From assembly GCA_963664405.1 (NCBI GenBank), contig OY761158.1, positions 1,952,001-2,016,000 of the forward strand: a stretch of 64,000 bases of DNA, read 5' to 3'. The DNA is from Thermoanaerobaculia bacterium (GTDB lineage: Bacteria; Acidobacteriota; Thermoanaerobaculia; Multivoradales; Multivoraceae). The translations under genes and the position numbers were made by a program. The notes under the pieces were generated by a model. It was not told the origin of the DNA. It made no database searches and saw nothing but the letters and a program-made list of their open reading frames with translations. Positions 1-9,817 of this stretch are shown one piece after another (the first letter of the stretch is position 1; each line of letters begins with the position of its first letter).

Positions 1-481
1 GCGCTCTGTGATGGCCGTCTTCGCGGCGCAGGAAGAGACACCGAAACCCTTCTTCTTGAACGCCGGTAGGTCGCCGAAGCTCATCGCCAAAGAGACGTTG
101 CTTCCCCTGATGAGAGCAGAGCTGGCGCTTGCCGAAGGGCGCCCCGAGGAAGCCGCCGCGCTCTTCGAAGGCCAGCTACTGCAGGACTGGTACGACGTGC
201 AATGGGGCTACTTCGTCAGTCTCCAAGGTCTTGCCATGGCCTACGAGAAGCTCGGGCAGCGCGAAGCCGCCGTCAACATCCTCGAACGGTCGGCTACCGA
301 GAAGCACCGGGCTCACCCCTTCGGCAAGGAAGTGTGGATGGCCAATCAGGTCGAGCTCGCCAGGCTCTACCGGGAACAGGGCTGGCTCGACGAGGCCGGT
401 CAGATCGCCGAAGAGCTGGCCGTTCTGATGGCGGCAGCAGACGCCGATTTCTGGCTGGTCCGAAAGCTCGCCAAGCTATAG
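1..481 (+). CDS. C-terminal fragment of a TPR-containing protein, paralog of the kinase-TPR protein at 20844-23981 (5' end outside window)
   Basis: Tail HRAHPFGKEVWMANQVELARLYREQG...ADADFWLVRKL aligns by eye with RSHPYARETWMANQLRLASLYRELG...ADPDFWLVQQL of the 20844 ORF. Confidence 0.75.
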   Translation, partial: RSVMAVFAAQEETPKPFFLNAGRSPKLIAKETLLPLMRAELALAEGRPEEAAALFEGQLLQDWYDVQWGYFVSLQGLAMAYEKLGQREAAVNILERSATEKHRAHPFGKEVWMANQVELARLYREQGWLDEAGQIAEELAVLMAAADADFWLVRKLAKL

Positions 482-659
482 CCGGTCACTCGGCCCGACC
501 CCCCCAAGGGGCGACTCGGAGAAAAATGAGGCCCCGTGGCACCGGTGCGGCCACGGGGCCTCGAGATCGTCGAAGCCGACTCCTACCCCGGCTCGCACAG
601 AGGATCGAAGGTGCTCGCCGATCTCATCACAACAACTGACTTCGTTGTCAATTTGGCCC

Positions 660-3600
660 TCAGAAGCGAACGCCCGCCAACACCCGCATCGTGCGGGGGC
701 GCTGGAAAGAGCGGCGCGAGCGACGTGGAGCACCGGTCCGGCTGTTGGTCGAGATCTGTTCCTGGCGGTTGATGACGTTGTAGGCCTCGACACGCAGCCA
801 GCCCTCGAGCCCGGGTCGTCCCAACGGGAAAGCCCACGATCCGCTCAGGTTGATGGACCACCTATCACCGTTCTCGAGCGATCCTCTCGGCTCGAGAAAC
901 GTGCGCAAGGCCTCGACGCTGTAGACCGTGTCGCTCCGATTCGTCGGAGGTCGAAACACGGTCAGGTCGTGGTTCCAGGGAGCTCCCGTCTGGTAGAAGA
1001 AGTTGCCGCCGATGCTGAGCTCGTGACCCCCACCCACGTCGAAGAGCTTGTACCCGTAGCTCTTGAAGATCAGGTCGCGACTCGTAGGCATGACGCCGTC
1101 ACGATGGATCGTCGAGACCGGCTCACCGACGTGGGGTCGCAGTAGCTCCCGGCAGCTGTCGTCGAGGTCGAGGCGCTCGCAGTCGAAATCATCGACGAGG
1201 TCTTCGGTGAGCAGGAACTCGAGGTTGCGGCCGTAATCGTCGTTGAGGTTGTTGGCGCTGCCGCCAGAAGTCTTGCCCTCGGCGCGGCCGAAGGTCAGAT
1301 TGTTGTAGAGAGCCCACCCCTTGGAGAAGCGCTTGTTGAGCTGGAGCTGAAGCGCACGGTAGCTACGGTTGTCGTCCTCGAAACTATCGAGGATCTCTTC
1401 CGCGCGCTCGCGAGTGCCAATACCGTTGGCGACGAAATTCTCTACCCAACCGAGCTCGCGAAGGATCGGGGCATAGTCGTCGTAGTTCTCGACCAGCTGA
1501 AAGAGCCCGAACTCCTCATTCCTCTGGATGGTCGAGCCGATCAGGTTGTCGAGGCGCCACCAGATTCCCTTGGCGTCGAAGATCCATCTCTTGCCTAGCT
1601 GCCACTCGTAGCCGAGCACGATCTCGTCGCGATGGTAGGGCTCGATGTCGATATCGACATTGAGATTCGGATCGTCGTGGATCTCCCACAGACCCCCGGG
1701 TCGGATCGAGCCGAGGAAGAAGCAGTAGGAGCCGTTGTCGAGATTGGTCGGAAAGCCGAACCCGGCGATTCGCTCGCAGGCCACGTCATCGGGAAAACGC
1801 CGCACGAAGCCCAGGGCGTTGATGTTGAGATAGAGGTCAACTGCGTTGCTCGCGCCGGTCCAGTCCTCCTGCAGGTTGGCGTTGACCAGATTCTGTGGCG
1901 TCTGGGTGAAGAGTCGGCCGACGCTGAGGCTCATCAGCCGACGGCCGTTGCCACCGAAGTCATAGACGACCGACAGTCGCGGAGACAGATCGCCGCTGTC
2001 GATGACGGTGCGACCACGATCGTTGGTCAGCCGCTGATCCTCCCACCGCAGCCCTAGATTGAAGACCCAGTGGTCGCCGACCTCGAAACGATCTCTCAGA
2101 TAGGCGCCGTAGTTGCGACCCCTGCTCGTCGCGCTGCCCTTGCCGGCCGCTACGACATCAGCAGGGTTGTAGTCGTTCAATGTGCAATTGCGTTCACAGC
2201 CGTCCTCGAAGCCGAACTCGGTCATCGCATCGAACTCGAACCCGGAGATGAGGTTGGGCCGCTGCACGTCCTGATCCCAATCCACCTGCTGCAAGTCGAG
2301 GCCATAACGCAGCTCGTGCCGAGCGAGAAACTGGGTCGCCGCGAAATTGACCTGGTCGCGAGGAAACTCGTTGGTTCCGTAGCCGAGTCCTAGACGCCAC
2401 CCGTTGTGCGTAGTGCTGTCGCACCGCTGGATATAGGCGTCATCATTGTTGACCGGCGAGAACTCTCCAAGGGCCGGGTCAGGAGCGAAGGCTGGGTCCT
2501 GCGCCTTCAGCTCGGGCGGGAAGGGGCGACTCCGATCCTCGTTCGAGGTCTGAGTCGCCGCTTTCGCCTCGAGGAAAAGATTCGTCCGCAACGTGCTGTT
2601 CCAGCTCAGCGAGGCGATGTCGCCTGAGAAGCCGAAGAAAGTGGCCGCATAGCGGTCATATGTGCTTGTTTGCACAAAGAGCCTGTCGGAGGGAGAGTCG
2701 ATCCAAGTGAGAGCCAAGGAGTGCCGCGCGGCTGGCTGGAGGTTCACCTTGGCCAAGGTTGTCTTCGTCTCTGTACTGACATCGAGCAAGCTTCCGTCGA
2801 GGATCTTGTCGAGCTGGTCGGTGGTCACGTCGGCCCGAGAGAAAAAGAACCAGGCCCGATCGCGAACGATGGGCCCGCCAAGATAACCCTCGAGGCTGTC
2901 GGAGCCACCGTCTCGCTCGCCTTCACCGAAGACCAGAAAGTCCGCCGCTTCCTGTTCTGGGTCGGTCTTCTCGTCTTCGGGTTGATCCTCGTTCATCTGT
3001 TCGAAAGACTCGACCAGACGCTCGTCCTCCGCCAGGGCGGGTTGGGAGTCGTAGTTCGAGTTCCACTTGTCGCGGGCGAAGACTCCCGTGGCCTCGCCGT
3101 GAAAGCGGTTACTGCCCGACTTCACGATCAGGTTGGTATGCGAGCCGACGTTGCGCCCGTACTCCGAGCCGGAGCCCCCGACCTGCATACTGATCTCTTC
3201 AACGGCCACGGTCGGGAAGAAGACGCGCGTGCCCCCTCCCCGCATCGAATAAGTCGCATCCACCCCATCGATATAGACACTCTGCTCCTGCCACAGTGCG
3301 CCGTTGACCGACGGCCTGATATAGCCGAGGTAGAGACTCTCGTCGTCCTGGGTAACGCCGGGGAGAAGGTCGATCGCGCCTAAGAACGAGCGATTGACTG
3401 CCGACACCTGGCCCGCGGTCTCGGCATCGATGCTCGCTCCCGCCACGATGTTGAACCTGTCTATCATCGGCGACTCGGCAGTCACGATGACGGTCTCGCT
3501 CGCGGTGACCTCTAGCTCCAAGTCGAGCTCTGCCGTGCCTCCGGCGGCAATCGAGATCCGACCCGCGGCAGTCGTGAAAGGCTCCATCGATGCTCGTACA

Positions 3601-3824
3601 ACGTAGCTGCCCGGAGGCAAGAGGCCGAAGCGGAAGAGACCGGTCTCATCTGCTCGCCGCTCATGAGCGCCTCTGTCGCCCTCCAGCACCACCAGTGCAC
3701 CCGCAATCGGGGCTCCCTCCCTCGTCGTAATCCTCCCCGACAGATTTCCTGTCTCAGGTCCATCGGCACGCAGTCCCACGGCCAGAAGACCCAGAAAAAG
3801 TCCCCATGCGAGCCATCCCTTCAT
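660..3824 (-). CDS. TonB-dependent receptor (Oar-like) with N-terminal carboxypeptidase-regulatory-like domain
   Basis: Signal peptide MKGWLAWGLFLGLLAVGLRA after AGGAGC RBS; TGNLSGRITT..GAPIAGALV domain; plug motif KSGSNRFHG; YLRDRFEV..W.FNLGLRWE barrel motif; terminal aromatic residue (GVRF). Confidence 0.9.
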   Translation of the reverse strand: MKGWLAWGLFLGLLAVGLRADGPETGNLSGRITTREGAPIAGALVVLEGDRGAHERRADETGLFRFGLLPPGSYVVRASMEPFTTAAGRISIAAGGTAELDLELEVTASETVIVTAESPMIDRFNIVAGASIDAETAGQVSAVNRSFLGAIDLLPGVTQDDESLYLGYIRPSVNGALWQEQSVYIDGVDATYSMRGGGTRVFFPTVAVEEISMQVGGSGSEYGRNVGSHTNLIVKSGSNRFHGEATGVFARDKWNSNYDSQPALAEDERLVESFEQMNEDQPEDEKTDPEQEAADFLVFGEGERDGGSDSLEGYLGGPIVRDRAWFFFSRADVTTDQLDKILDGSLLDVSTETKTTLAKVNLQPAARHSLALTWIDSPSDRLFVQTSTYDRYAATFFGFSGDIASLSWNSTLRTNLFLEAKAATQTSNEDRSRPFPPELKAQDPAFAPDPALGEFSPVNNDDAYIQRCDSTTHNGWRLGLGYGTNEFPRDQVNFAATQFLARHELRYGLDLQQVDWDQDVQRPNLISGFEFDAMTEFGFEDGCERNCTLNDYNPADVVAAGKGSATSRGRNYGAYLRDRFEVGDHWVFNLGLRWEDQRLTNDRGRTVIDSGDLSPRLSVVYDFGGNGRRLMSLSVGRLFTQTPQNLVNANLQEDWTGASNAVDLYLNINALGFVRRFPDDVACERIAGFGFPTNLDNGSYCFFLGSIRPGGLWEIHDDPNLNVDIDIEPYHRDEIVLGYEWQLGKRWIFDAKGIWWRLDNLIGSTIQRNEEFGLFQLVENYDDYAPILRELGWVENFVANGIGTRERAEEILDSFEDDNRSYRALQLQLNKRFSKGWALYNNLTFGRAEGKTSGGSANNLNDDYGRNLEFLLTEDLVDDFDCERLDLDDSCRELLRPHVGEPVSTIHRDGVMPTSRDLIFKSYGYKLFDVGGGHELSIGGNFFYQTGAPWNHDLTVFRPPTNRSDTVYSVEALRTFLEPRGSLENGDRWSINLSGSWAFPLGRPGLEGWLRVEAYNVINRQEQISTNSRTGAPRRSRRSFQRPRTMRVLAGVRF

Positions 3825-3990
3825 AACGCCGCTCCTTGTCGCCAAAAGGCGACCACCGGTTAGTCGGCTGCCCACAAAAGCCAGGACAGACCCTCGATTC
3901 GAGGCAGAACCTGCGGGTATTGCCCACATCCTACTAGGGAGGCTCCCACGATCCCATTTGAGGCACTCTTGATGCCCCTTCACTCCTACA

Positions 3991-4017
3991 TGCGAAAAAT
4001 CCCGTCCTAGCGCGCCA
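3991..4017 (-). promoter_or_regulatory. Putative ECF sigma promoter TGGC-N19-CGCA
   Basis: Minus strand TGGC GCGCTAGGACGGGATTTTT CGCATGTAG; same spacing at 25020-25046 and 46630-46656, one base shorter at 26754-26779. Confidence 0.5.
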
Positions 4018-4126
4018 AAAGGCGCAGAAGCTCGAGGACCGACGAGACTAGTGCGGGCGGCCGAATCCCCATCGACATGCCAAATGTCATAGATTCAGCT
4101 CTCCACCTGGCAGCAAAGGAGGGGTC

Positions 4127-5470
4127 ATGAGCGGAACGAGACGAGACTTCCTGAAGAAGTCGAGCGCTGTGACGGTCGGCTTGGGCCTGACTTCCTGGTC
4201 TGGGCTCGCCGGAAGAGCACGGGCAGCGGCCCCGAATGACCAGATCCACATCGGAGTCATCGGATGCAACGGGATGGGATTCAGCGATCTCCGCTCGATG
4301 CTCAAGCTCCCTGACACAACCTGTGTGGCGCTCTGCGATGTCGACGCGAATGTTCTCGAGCGTCGCGCGAAGAACACCGAGGATCTCACCGGCTCCAGAC
4401 CCCGCACTTATGGCGACTACCGAGAGCTCCTCGACGACAAAGACGTCGATGTCGTCATCATCGGCACTCCCGACCACTGGCACTGCCTGCAGATGGCCGA
4501 CGCCTGCGACGCCGGAAAAGATGTCTACGTCGAAAAGCCCCTGGCCAACTCGATCGATGAATGTCGCCGCATGGTGCGGGCGGTCGATCGTAACCAGCGG
4601 GTGGTCCAGGTCGGACAGTGGCAACGTAGCGGCCCACACTGGACCGAAGCGGTGGAGTTCGTGCAGTCCGGCCAGCTCGGAGAGATCCGCTCGGTCAAGG
4701 CCTGGGCCTATATGAACTGGATGGACCGAATCAAGCCCGCCGCCGACGGTAAGCCTCCGACGGGCGTGGACTACGACATGTGGCTCGGCCCGGCGAAGAA
4801 GCGGCCCTTCAACGAGAACCGCTTCCACTTCAACTTCCGCTGGTACTGGGACTATGCGGGGGGCCTCATGACCGACTGGGGAGTGCACCTCATCGACATC
4901 GTGGTCTGGGGCATGGAAGCCGACTACCCGAGCCGCGTGCTCTCCGCCGGCGGCAAATACGCCTATCCGGACGGCGCAATGGAAACTCCCGACACCCAAC
5001 AGGCGATCTACGAGTTCGACGGCTTCTCGATGATCTGGGAGCACGCTGTAGGGATCGGCCTCGGTCCCTTTCAGCGTGGGCACGGTGTCGCCTTCATCGG
5101 CAACAACGGCACCCTGGTCGTCGATCGGGAAAAGTGGGAGATCTACCCCGAGACCGAAGTCGACCGCACCAAGCCGGGCCCGGATCGCTACCGGATGGCA
5201 TCCCAGCCCGCACGCAAAGCGAATGCGGACGAGCGGGGCCTCGACCAACACACCGCCAACTTCATCGACTGCGTAAAGACCAGGGCCAAGCCTCGCTGCG
5301 ACGTGGAGACGGCCTCGTTGGCGGCCGTCAACGCGCATCTCGGCAACGTCGCCCTACGCACCGGCGATACCCTCGATTGGAGCGCCAAGAAGGGTCACTT
5401 CGTCGATCACAAAGAGGCGAACACCTACCTCAAACCCAAGTACAGGAAGCCCTGGACGCTGCCGTCCTAG
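4127..5470 (+). CDS. Tat-exported Gfo/Idh/MocA family oxidoreductase
   Basis: TRRDFLK twin-arginine signal; IGVIGCNGMG; GTPDHWH; DVYVEKP; DWGVHLID; AAGGAGG RBS. Confidence 0.92.
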   Translation: MSGTRRDFLKKSSAVTVGLGLTSWSGLAGRARAAAPNDQIHIGVIGCNGMGFSDLRSMLKLPDTTCVALCDVDANVLERRAKNTEDLTGSRPRTYGDYRELLDDKDVDVVIIGTPDHWHCLQMADACDAGKDVYVEKPLANSIDECRRMVRAVDRNQRVVQVGQWQRSGPHWTEAVEFVQSGQLGEIRSVKAWAYMNWMDRIKPAADGKPPTGVDYDMWLGPAKKRPFNENRFHFNFRWYWDYAGGLMTDWGVHLIDIVVWGMEADYPSRVLSAGGKYAYPDGAMETPDTQQAIYEFDGFSMIWEHAVGIGLGPFQRGHGVAFIGNNGTLVVDREKWEIYPETEVDRTKPGPDRYRMASQPARKANADERGLDQHTANFIDCVKTRAKPRCDVETASLAAVNAHLGNVALRTGDTLDWSAKKGHFVDHKEANTYLKPKYRKPWTLPS

Positions 5471-5516
5471 CCGAGCCTGAGAACGACTCGCCTGCCGCGA
5501 GGCCCCTGGGGACTAA

Positions 5517-6272
5517 ATGAAGATCCAGACTCTTGCTACGTCGATTATCGCGATCCTGACGATCTCCGCCGCACTGGTCACAGCCGCTCTCGGCCAAACC
5601 AGCAATCAAGAGCGAGCCAAGATCAGCGAAATCTGGGAACCGGTGCCGCCGATGGTCACCCCAGGCTCAGCCGGATCGCCGCCCTCGGACGCCATCGTTC
5701 TATTCGACGGTCGCGGCCTGTCGAGCTGGGAGTCGGTGGAGGGAGGGGCCGCCGCGTGGGCGGTCGAGGACGGGGCGATGAAAGTCAACGGCAAAGGTGG
5801 CATCCAGACCAAGCAAGCGTTTGGAGACATTCAACTCCACATCGAGTGGCGGACCCCGTCGAAGGTGGAAGGCACGAGTCAAGGACGCGGCAACAGCGGT
5901 GTCTTTCTGGCCGGTCGCTACGAGGTCCAGGTTCTCGACTCTTACGACAACCCCACCTACTCGAACGGTCAGGCCGGCAGTGTCTACAAGCAGCACATTC
6001 CACTGGTCAACGCGTCCCGAGGGCCCGGCCAGTGGCAGAGCTATGACGTCATCTTCATGGCGCCGCACTTCGGCGACAGTGGCCGTGTGGTTCGGCCGGC
6101 GACAACCACCGTCTTTCACAACGGAGTGCTGGTACTGAATAGCGTTACTATCCAGGGCGCGACGGCTTTCATCGGAGAGCCCCTTTACCAGGCGCACGGC
6201 AAAGCGCCGATCATGCTCCAGGATCACCGCAATCCGGTGAGCTTCCGCAACATCTGGGTGCGAGAGCTCTAG
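5517..6272 (+). CDS. DUF1080 (3-keto-glycoside hydrolase/hydratase family) secreted protein
   Basis: [45 protein letters not shown]; signal peptide. Confidence 0.9.
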   Translation: MKIQTLATSIIAILTISAALVTAALGQTSNQERAKISEIWEPVPPMVTPGSAGSPPSDAIVLFDGRGLSSWESVEGGAAAWAVEDGAMKVNGKGGIQTKQAFGDIQLHIEWRTPSKVEGTSQGRGNSGVFLAGRYEVQVLDSYDNPTYSNGQAGSVYKQHIPLVNASRGPGQWQSYDVIFMAPHFGDSGRVVRPATTTVFHNGVLVLNSVTIQGATAFIGEPLYQAHGKAPIMLQDHRNPVSFRNIWVREL

Positions 6273-6527
6273 CCAGAGAAAATGATCGATATCATTTCCC
6301 CTGGCTAGACCAGCGTTTCCAAAGTCGCGCTACAATAGCTCGCGGTCATTCTGTTCGCTGGCAAGGCGCGCCGACGTAGGCATATTGGGGAATATGTCGA
6401 GGAGGCGCAACGCCGCCAGCGGGGCAGAACGGGCCGAGATATGTAGCGCTACTTTGGAAACGCTGGTCTAGTTCCTGTCTGGCGCCGAGGACGGCGCACT
6501 CAGGCCATGCTTCCTATTCGCTTCGGG
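6269..6527. repeat. Dispersed copy of the 128-bp hairpin repeat, interrupted by a MITE
   Basis: CTAGCCAGAGAAAATGATCGATATCATTTCCCCTGGCTAG (6269-6308); after the MITE, GGCGCCGAGGACGGCGCACTCAGGC..TGCTTCCTATTCGCTTCGGG as in the 12960-13450 array. Confidence 0.85.
6305..6471 (+). mobile_element. Palindromic MITE copy 1 (167 bp including both CTAG)
   Basis: Terminal inverted repeats CTAGACCAGCGTTTCCAAAGT / ACTTTGGAAACGCTGGTCTAG; homologous copies at 39485 and 49996. Confidence 0.88.
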
Positions 6528-6619
6528 TGACGGGACAGGCCCGAACCGAGCAGAGCGCCTTATCCCATAGAATGCTCGCCTCCGGTCGTATTGCGGTTGT
6601 CCTCTAATAGGAGAGAGTT

Positions 6620-7858
6620 ATGTCGGAGAGGGTTATGGCGAGATTGCGTTTCGGTGCCTTCCTAGCTCCCCATCATCCGATCGGAGAGCACCCTGCTCTC
6701 CAGTTGCAGCGCGACCTCGACCTGGTCGAGCTTCTCGATCGAGTGGGCTTCGACGAGTTCTGGTGTGGCGAGCACCACTCGACCGGCTGGGAGGTCATCG
6801 CTTCTCCTGAGCTCTTTCTCGCAGCAGCCGGGGAGCGCACCCATCGAATCAGGCTCGGCACCGGCGTGGTCTCACTTCCCTTTCACCATCCGTTCCACGT
6901 TGCCCAGCGCATGGTCCAGCTCGACCACATGACCGGAGGGCGAGTGATCTTCGGTACCGGGCCTGGCGCACTGCCGTCCGACGCCTTCACCCTCGGCATC
7001 GATCCGATCGTGACCCGGGACCGCCAGGACGAAGCGATCGGAGTCATCCGACGGCTGCTGCGCGGCGAAGATCGTTTCACTCACGAAAGTGAATGGTTCA
7101 CCTTGCGCGACGCCAAGCTTCAGCTGCTGCCGCTCCAGGCAGAGATGCCGATGGCGGTGGCGTCGATGATCAGCCCGTCGGGGATGACTCTGGCCGGCAA
7201 GTACGGCATTGGCGTGCTGTCGGTGGGCTCCATGGTGAGCGCCGGGCTACAAGCGCTTCCAACGCAGTGGAGCTTCGCCGAGGAGGCTGCCGCCGAGAGC
7301 GGGGCGACTGTCGACCGCAAAGACTGGCGCATCGTCATGTCCTGGCACATCGCCGAGACCCGCGAAGAAGCACGGACGCAGGCGGCGAAGGGTTTCTTGC
7401 GATGGAACAACGAGTACGTCGCAGGTACCCTCATGCAGCCAAACTCCACGCAGATCGATTCGACGGAGGCAGCCTTCGACGGGATGGAAGGGACAGCCTC
7501 AGTCGTCGGTACCCCGGACGATCTGATCGAAGCCGTCCGCCGAATGGTCGACGTGACCGGTGGCTTCGGCACCGTGATCGGATTCGTCCACGACTGGGCG
7601 AGCCCCGAGGACACACGGCGTAGCTGGGACATGGTCGCTCGATACGTCATACCCGAGGTCAACGGGCTACTCGACAGCTATCGAGAGTCTCAGCGCTACG
7701 TCATCGAGCACCGTGAGTCGTTCGAACGTGCCGGCGAGGCCATCATGTCGAAAATCACGCAGAACGAGCGCGCCATCAAAGCACTGGAGGAAAGCGGCGG
7801 AGTGGCCAGTCCGGCGTTTCCCGGCGTCGCCGGCGATCCGGAGGAGAAGGCTCGCTAA
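6620..7858 (+). CDS. Luciferase-like (LLM class) flavin-dependent monooxygenase, limonene 1,2-monooxygenase-like
   Basis: RFGAFLAPHHP, GFDEFWCGEHHS, IRLGTGVVSLPFHHP, LDHMTGGRV.FGTGPG. Confidence 0.9.
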   Translation: MSERVMARLRFGAFLAPHHPIGEHPALQLQRDLDLVELLDRVGFDEFWCGEHHSTGWEVIASPELFLAAAGERTHRIRLGTGVVSLPFHHPFHVAQRMVQLDHMTGGRVIFGTGPGALPSDAFTLGIDPIVTRDRQDEAIGVIRRLLRGEDRFTHESEWFTLRDAKLQLLPLQAEMPMAVASMISPSGMTLAGKYGIGVLSVGSMVSAGLQALPTQWSFAEEAAAESGATVDRKDWRIVMSWHIAETREEARTQAAKGFLRWNNEYVAGTLMQPNSTQIDSTEAAFDGMEGTASVVGTPDDLIEAVRRMVDVTGGFGTVIGFVHDWASPEDTRRSWDMVARYVIPEVNGLLDSYRESQRYVIEHRESFERAGEAIMSKITQNERAIKALEESGGVASPAFPGVAGDPEEKAR

Positions 7859-7909
7859 AAGACCTAAGGCCGTCTGCGCCTCCGAAGAGGAAGGACGGGA
7901 GCCCACGCG

Positions 7910-9229
7910 ATGCCGAAAGCCGACCAGAAGCGCAGTTTCTACGGCTGGACCGTTGTTGTAGTCGGCTTCTTCGTCTACGGCTTCGGCATCGGCCCGGGGT
8001 ATTACAGCTGGGGCTTCTTCGCTCCGGAAGTGATCGCCGAGCTCGATCTGTCCCGCCAACAGGTCGGCAGCATCTTCGGCGCCTTCACTTTGACCTTCGC
8101 CCTGGCCGGCCCATTGGCTGCCCTCGCCTTCCGTCGCTTCGGAGTCCGCACCACGGTGACCCTTGGCGCGCTGCTTGCCGCACTCGGCTTCGGCCTCGTC
8201 AGCCGCGCCGACTCCGTCGTCGAGCTCTACCTCTGCTACTCCCTGATCGGCGGCATCGGCATTGGCCTCTCCTCCGCGTTCGCGGCCCAGACCCTTGCCG
8301 TTTTTTGGTTCAAGCGCTATCGCGCCCTTGCCATCGCCATCATGATGTTGGGCGCCGCGGTGGTCGGCGGCATGGTGACACCGGTCGACGCCATCATCCT
8401 CCGGCTCTGGGGATGGCGTTTCGCGTGGGTGCTTATCGCGGGTATCTCGGTTCTCGTAGCGCTGATCTCTGCCGTCTTCATTCGCGATCGGCCGGAACAT
8501 TTAGGGCAGCACCCCGACGGTCGGGAGCCGGAGGAAGACGTCTCCGCTCACGCGGAGGGATCCGCCTCCCCCAGCTTGGAGATTGGTGCTGAGGCGAAGA
8601 CCGCCATCGCTCCCAAGTGGACCGCTCTCGAGGCGCTCCGAACGCCCCAATTCGCAATCCTCACCCTCACCTCGATGGCCAATATCGTGCCTTGGCGCGT
8701 CCTCAGCGTACACGGCAGGCTCCACTTTGAGGATCTCGGTTTCACCACCACCGTCGCCGCGGCGATCCTCGGAGTCCGCGTCGGGGTGAGCGCGGTCGGC
8801 CGCCTCAGCGGCTCCCTTGGCGACATCTTCTCCCCCACCAAGGTCATGGCCGTGTCGCTCCTCATCAACGGCATCGGCCTGGGGGGGCTCCTGTTCGCCG
8901 ATACCCCGACACTTGCCTATTCCTGTGTTGTCTTCCTGGGAGTGGGCTACGGCGCCGCCTACATTAGCGAGCCGGTCATGTTCGCCCACTTCTTCGGGCG
9001 CAACGCCTTCGTCGGCACCTCGGGGGTGCGCCTCGTTGTCACCGGCATCGCCGGCTACGCTGCCCCCACTCTCGCCGGCGCCGCGGCCGACCGAACCGGC
9101 ACCTACTCCCACACCATCGCGGTGCTCGCCGTCGCCTGCCTGGTTGCCTCGGCTACGATCTTCTTCTGTCGACGCCCAGACCCTCCCGGAGACTCCTTGC
9201 AGGACCAGCCCCGTGTGATTACAATGTAA
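7910..9229 (+). CDS. MFS transporter (oxalate/formate antiporter-like)
   Basis: About 12 hydrophobic helices; FYGWTVV start, WFKRYRALAIAI, GWRFAW, EALRTPQF. Confidence 0.88.
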   Translation: MPKADQKRSFYGWTVVVVGFFVYGFGIGPGYYSWGFFAPEVIAELDLSRQQVGSIFGAFTLTFALAGPLAALAFRRFGVRTTVTLGALLAALGFGLVSRADSVVELYLCYSLIGGIGIGLSSAFAAQTLAVFWFKRYRALAIAIMMLGAAVVGGMVTPVDAIILRLWGWRFAWVLIAGISVLVALISAVFIRDRPEHLGQHPDGREPEEDVSAHAEGSASPSLEIGAEAKTAIAPKWTALEALRTPQFAILTLTSMANIVPWRVLSVHGRLHFEDLGFTTTVAAAILGVRVGVSAVGRLSGSLGDIFSPTKVMAVSLLINGIGLGGLLFADTPTLAYSCVVFLGVGYGAAYISEPVMFAHFFGRNAFVGTSGVRLVVTGIAGYAAPTLAGAAADRTGTYSHTIAVLAVACLVASATIFFCRRPDPPGDSLQDQPRVITM

Positions 9230-9233
9230 GCAC
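9197..9233 (+). promoter_or_regulatory. sigma70 promoter and palindromic operator of mazEF, embedded in the MFS gene 3' end
   Basis: TTGCAG-17 bp-TACAAT; palindrome GTGATTACA-A-TGTAAGCAC (9215-9233) directly before ATG 9234. Confidence 0.65.
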
Positions 9234-9488
9234 ATGCCCACAACGACACGCATCGTCAAGATCGGTAACTCCCGAGGATTTCGAGTCCCGAAGGCGCTGT
9301 TGGATCAAGCAGATCTACCTGAGGAAGTCGAGCTGCGGGCCGAGCCAGGGCGCCTCGTGGTCACCGCAGCTCAGCCACCGAGAGCCGGCTGGGCAGACGC
9401 TGCCAAGCAAATGCACTCTTCAGGCGACGACGAGCTACTTGATCCGACGCATTCGAGCCAATTCGATGAACAGGAGTGGGAGTGGTAG
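9234..9488 (+). CDS. mazE: AbrB/MazE family antitoxin
   Basis: IVKIGNSRGFRVPKALL; PRAGWADA; acidic EWEW end; overlaps toxin gene. Confidence 0.9.
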   Translation: MPTTTRIVKIGNSRGFRVPKALLDQADLPEEVELRAEPGRLVVTAAQPPRAGWADAAKQMHSSGDDELLDPTHSSQFDEQEWEW

Positions 9489-9817
9489 CCCGCGCTGTTG
9501 CGGTGCGTGGCGACGTGCACCTTGTGAGCTTAGACCCGACGACAGGGAGTGAGATACGGAAGACCAGGCCCTGTTTGGTCATCTCGCCAGACGAGCTCAA
9601 TCGGCATCTCAGAACCACCATCGTCGCACCGATGACGACGGGCGGCCGAGCATATCCATGGCGAGTGCAGTGCCGCTTTCAACGCCGTGGCGGGTTCGTG
9701 GCGCTTGACCAGATCCGAACGGTGGACGACGGTCGCCTGAACAGGCGCCTCGGGCGGCTTCCGGCCGAAACAGTGACCGAAGTGCTGCAAGCGCTAAAAG
9801 AGATGTTCGAGGCTTAG
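9476..9817 (+). CDS. mazF: PemK/MazF family endoribonuclease toxin
   Basis: RGDVHLVSLDPTTGSEIRKTRPCLVISPDELN, IVAPMTT, DQIRTVD; exact start uncertain. Confidence 0.93.
   Translation: MGVVARAVAVRGDVHLVSLDPTTGSEIRKTRPCLVISPDELNRHLRTTIVAPMTTGGRAYPWRVQCRFQRRGGFVALDQIRTVDDGRLNRRLGRLPAETVTEVLQALKEMFEA

Noticed and set aside
4007-5338. Long antisense or alternative-frame ORFs (also 36774-37922, 43885-44883, 53227-54576)
   Set aside because: Shadows of real genes in high-GC DNA with no recognisable motifs
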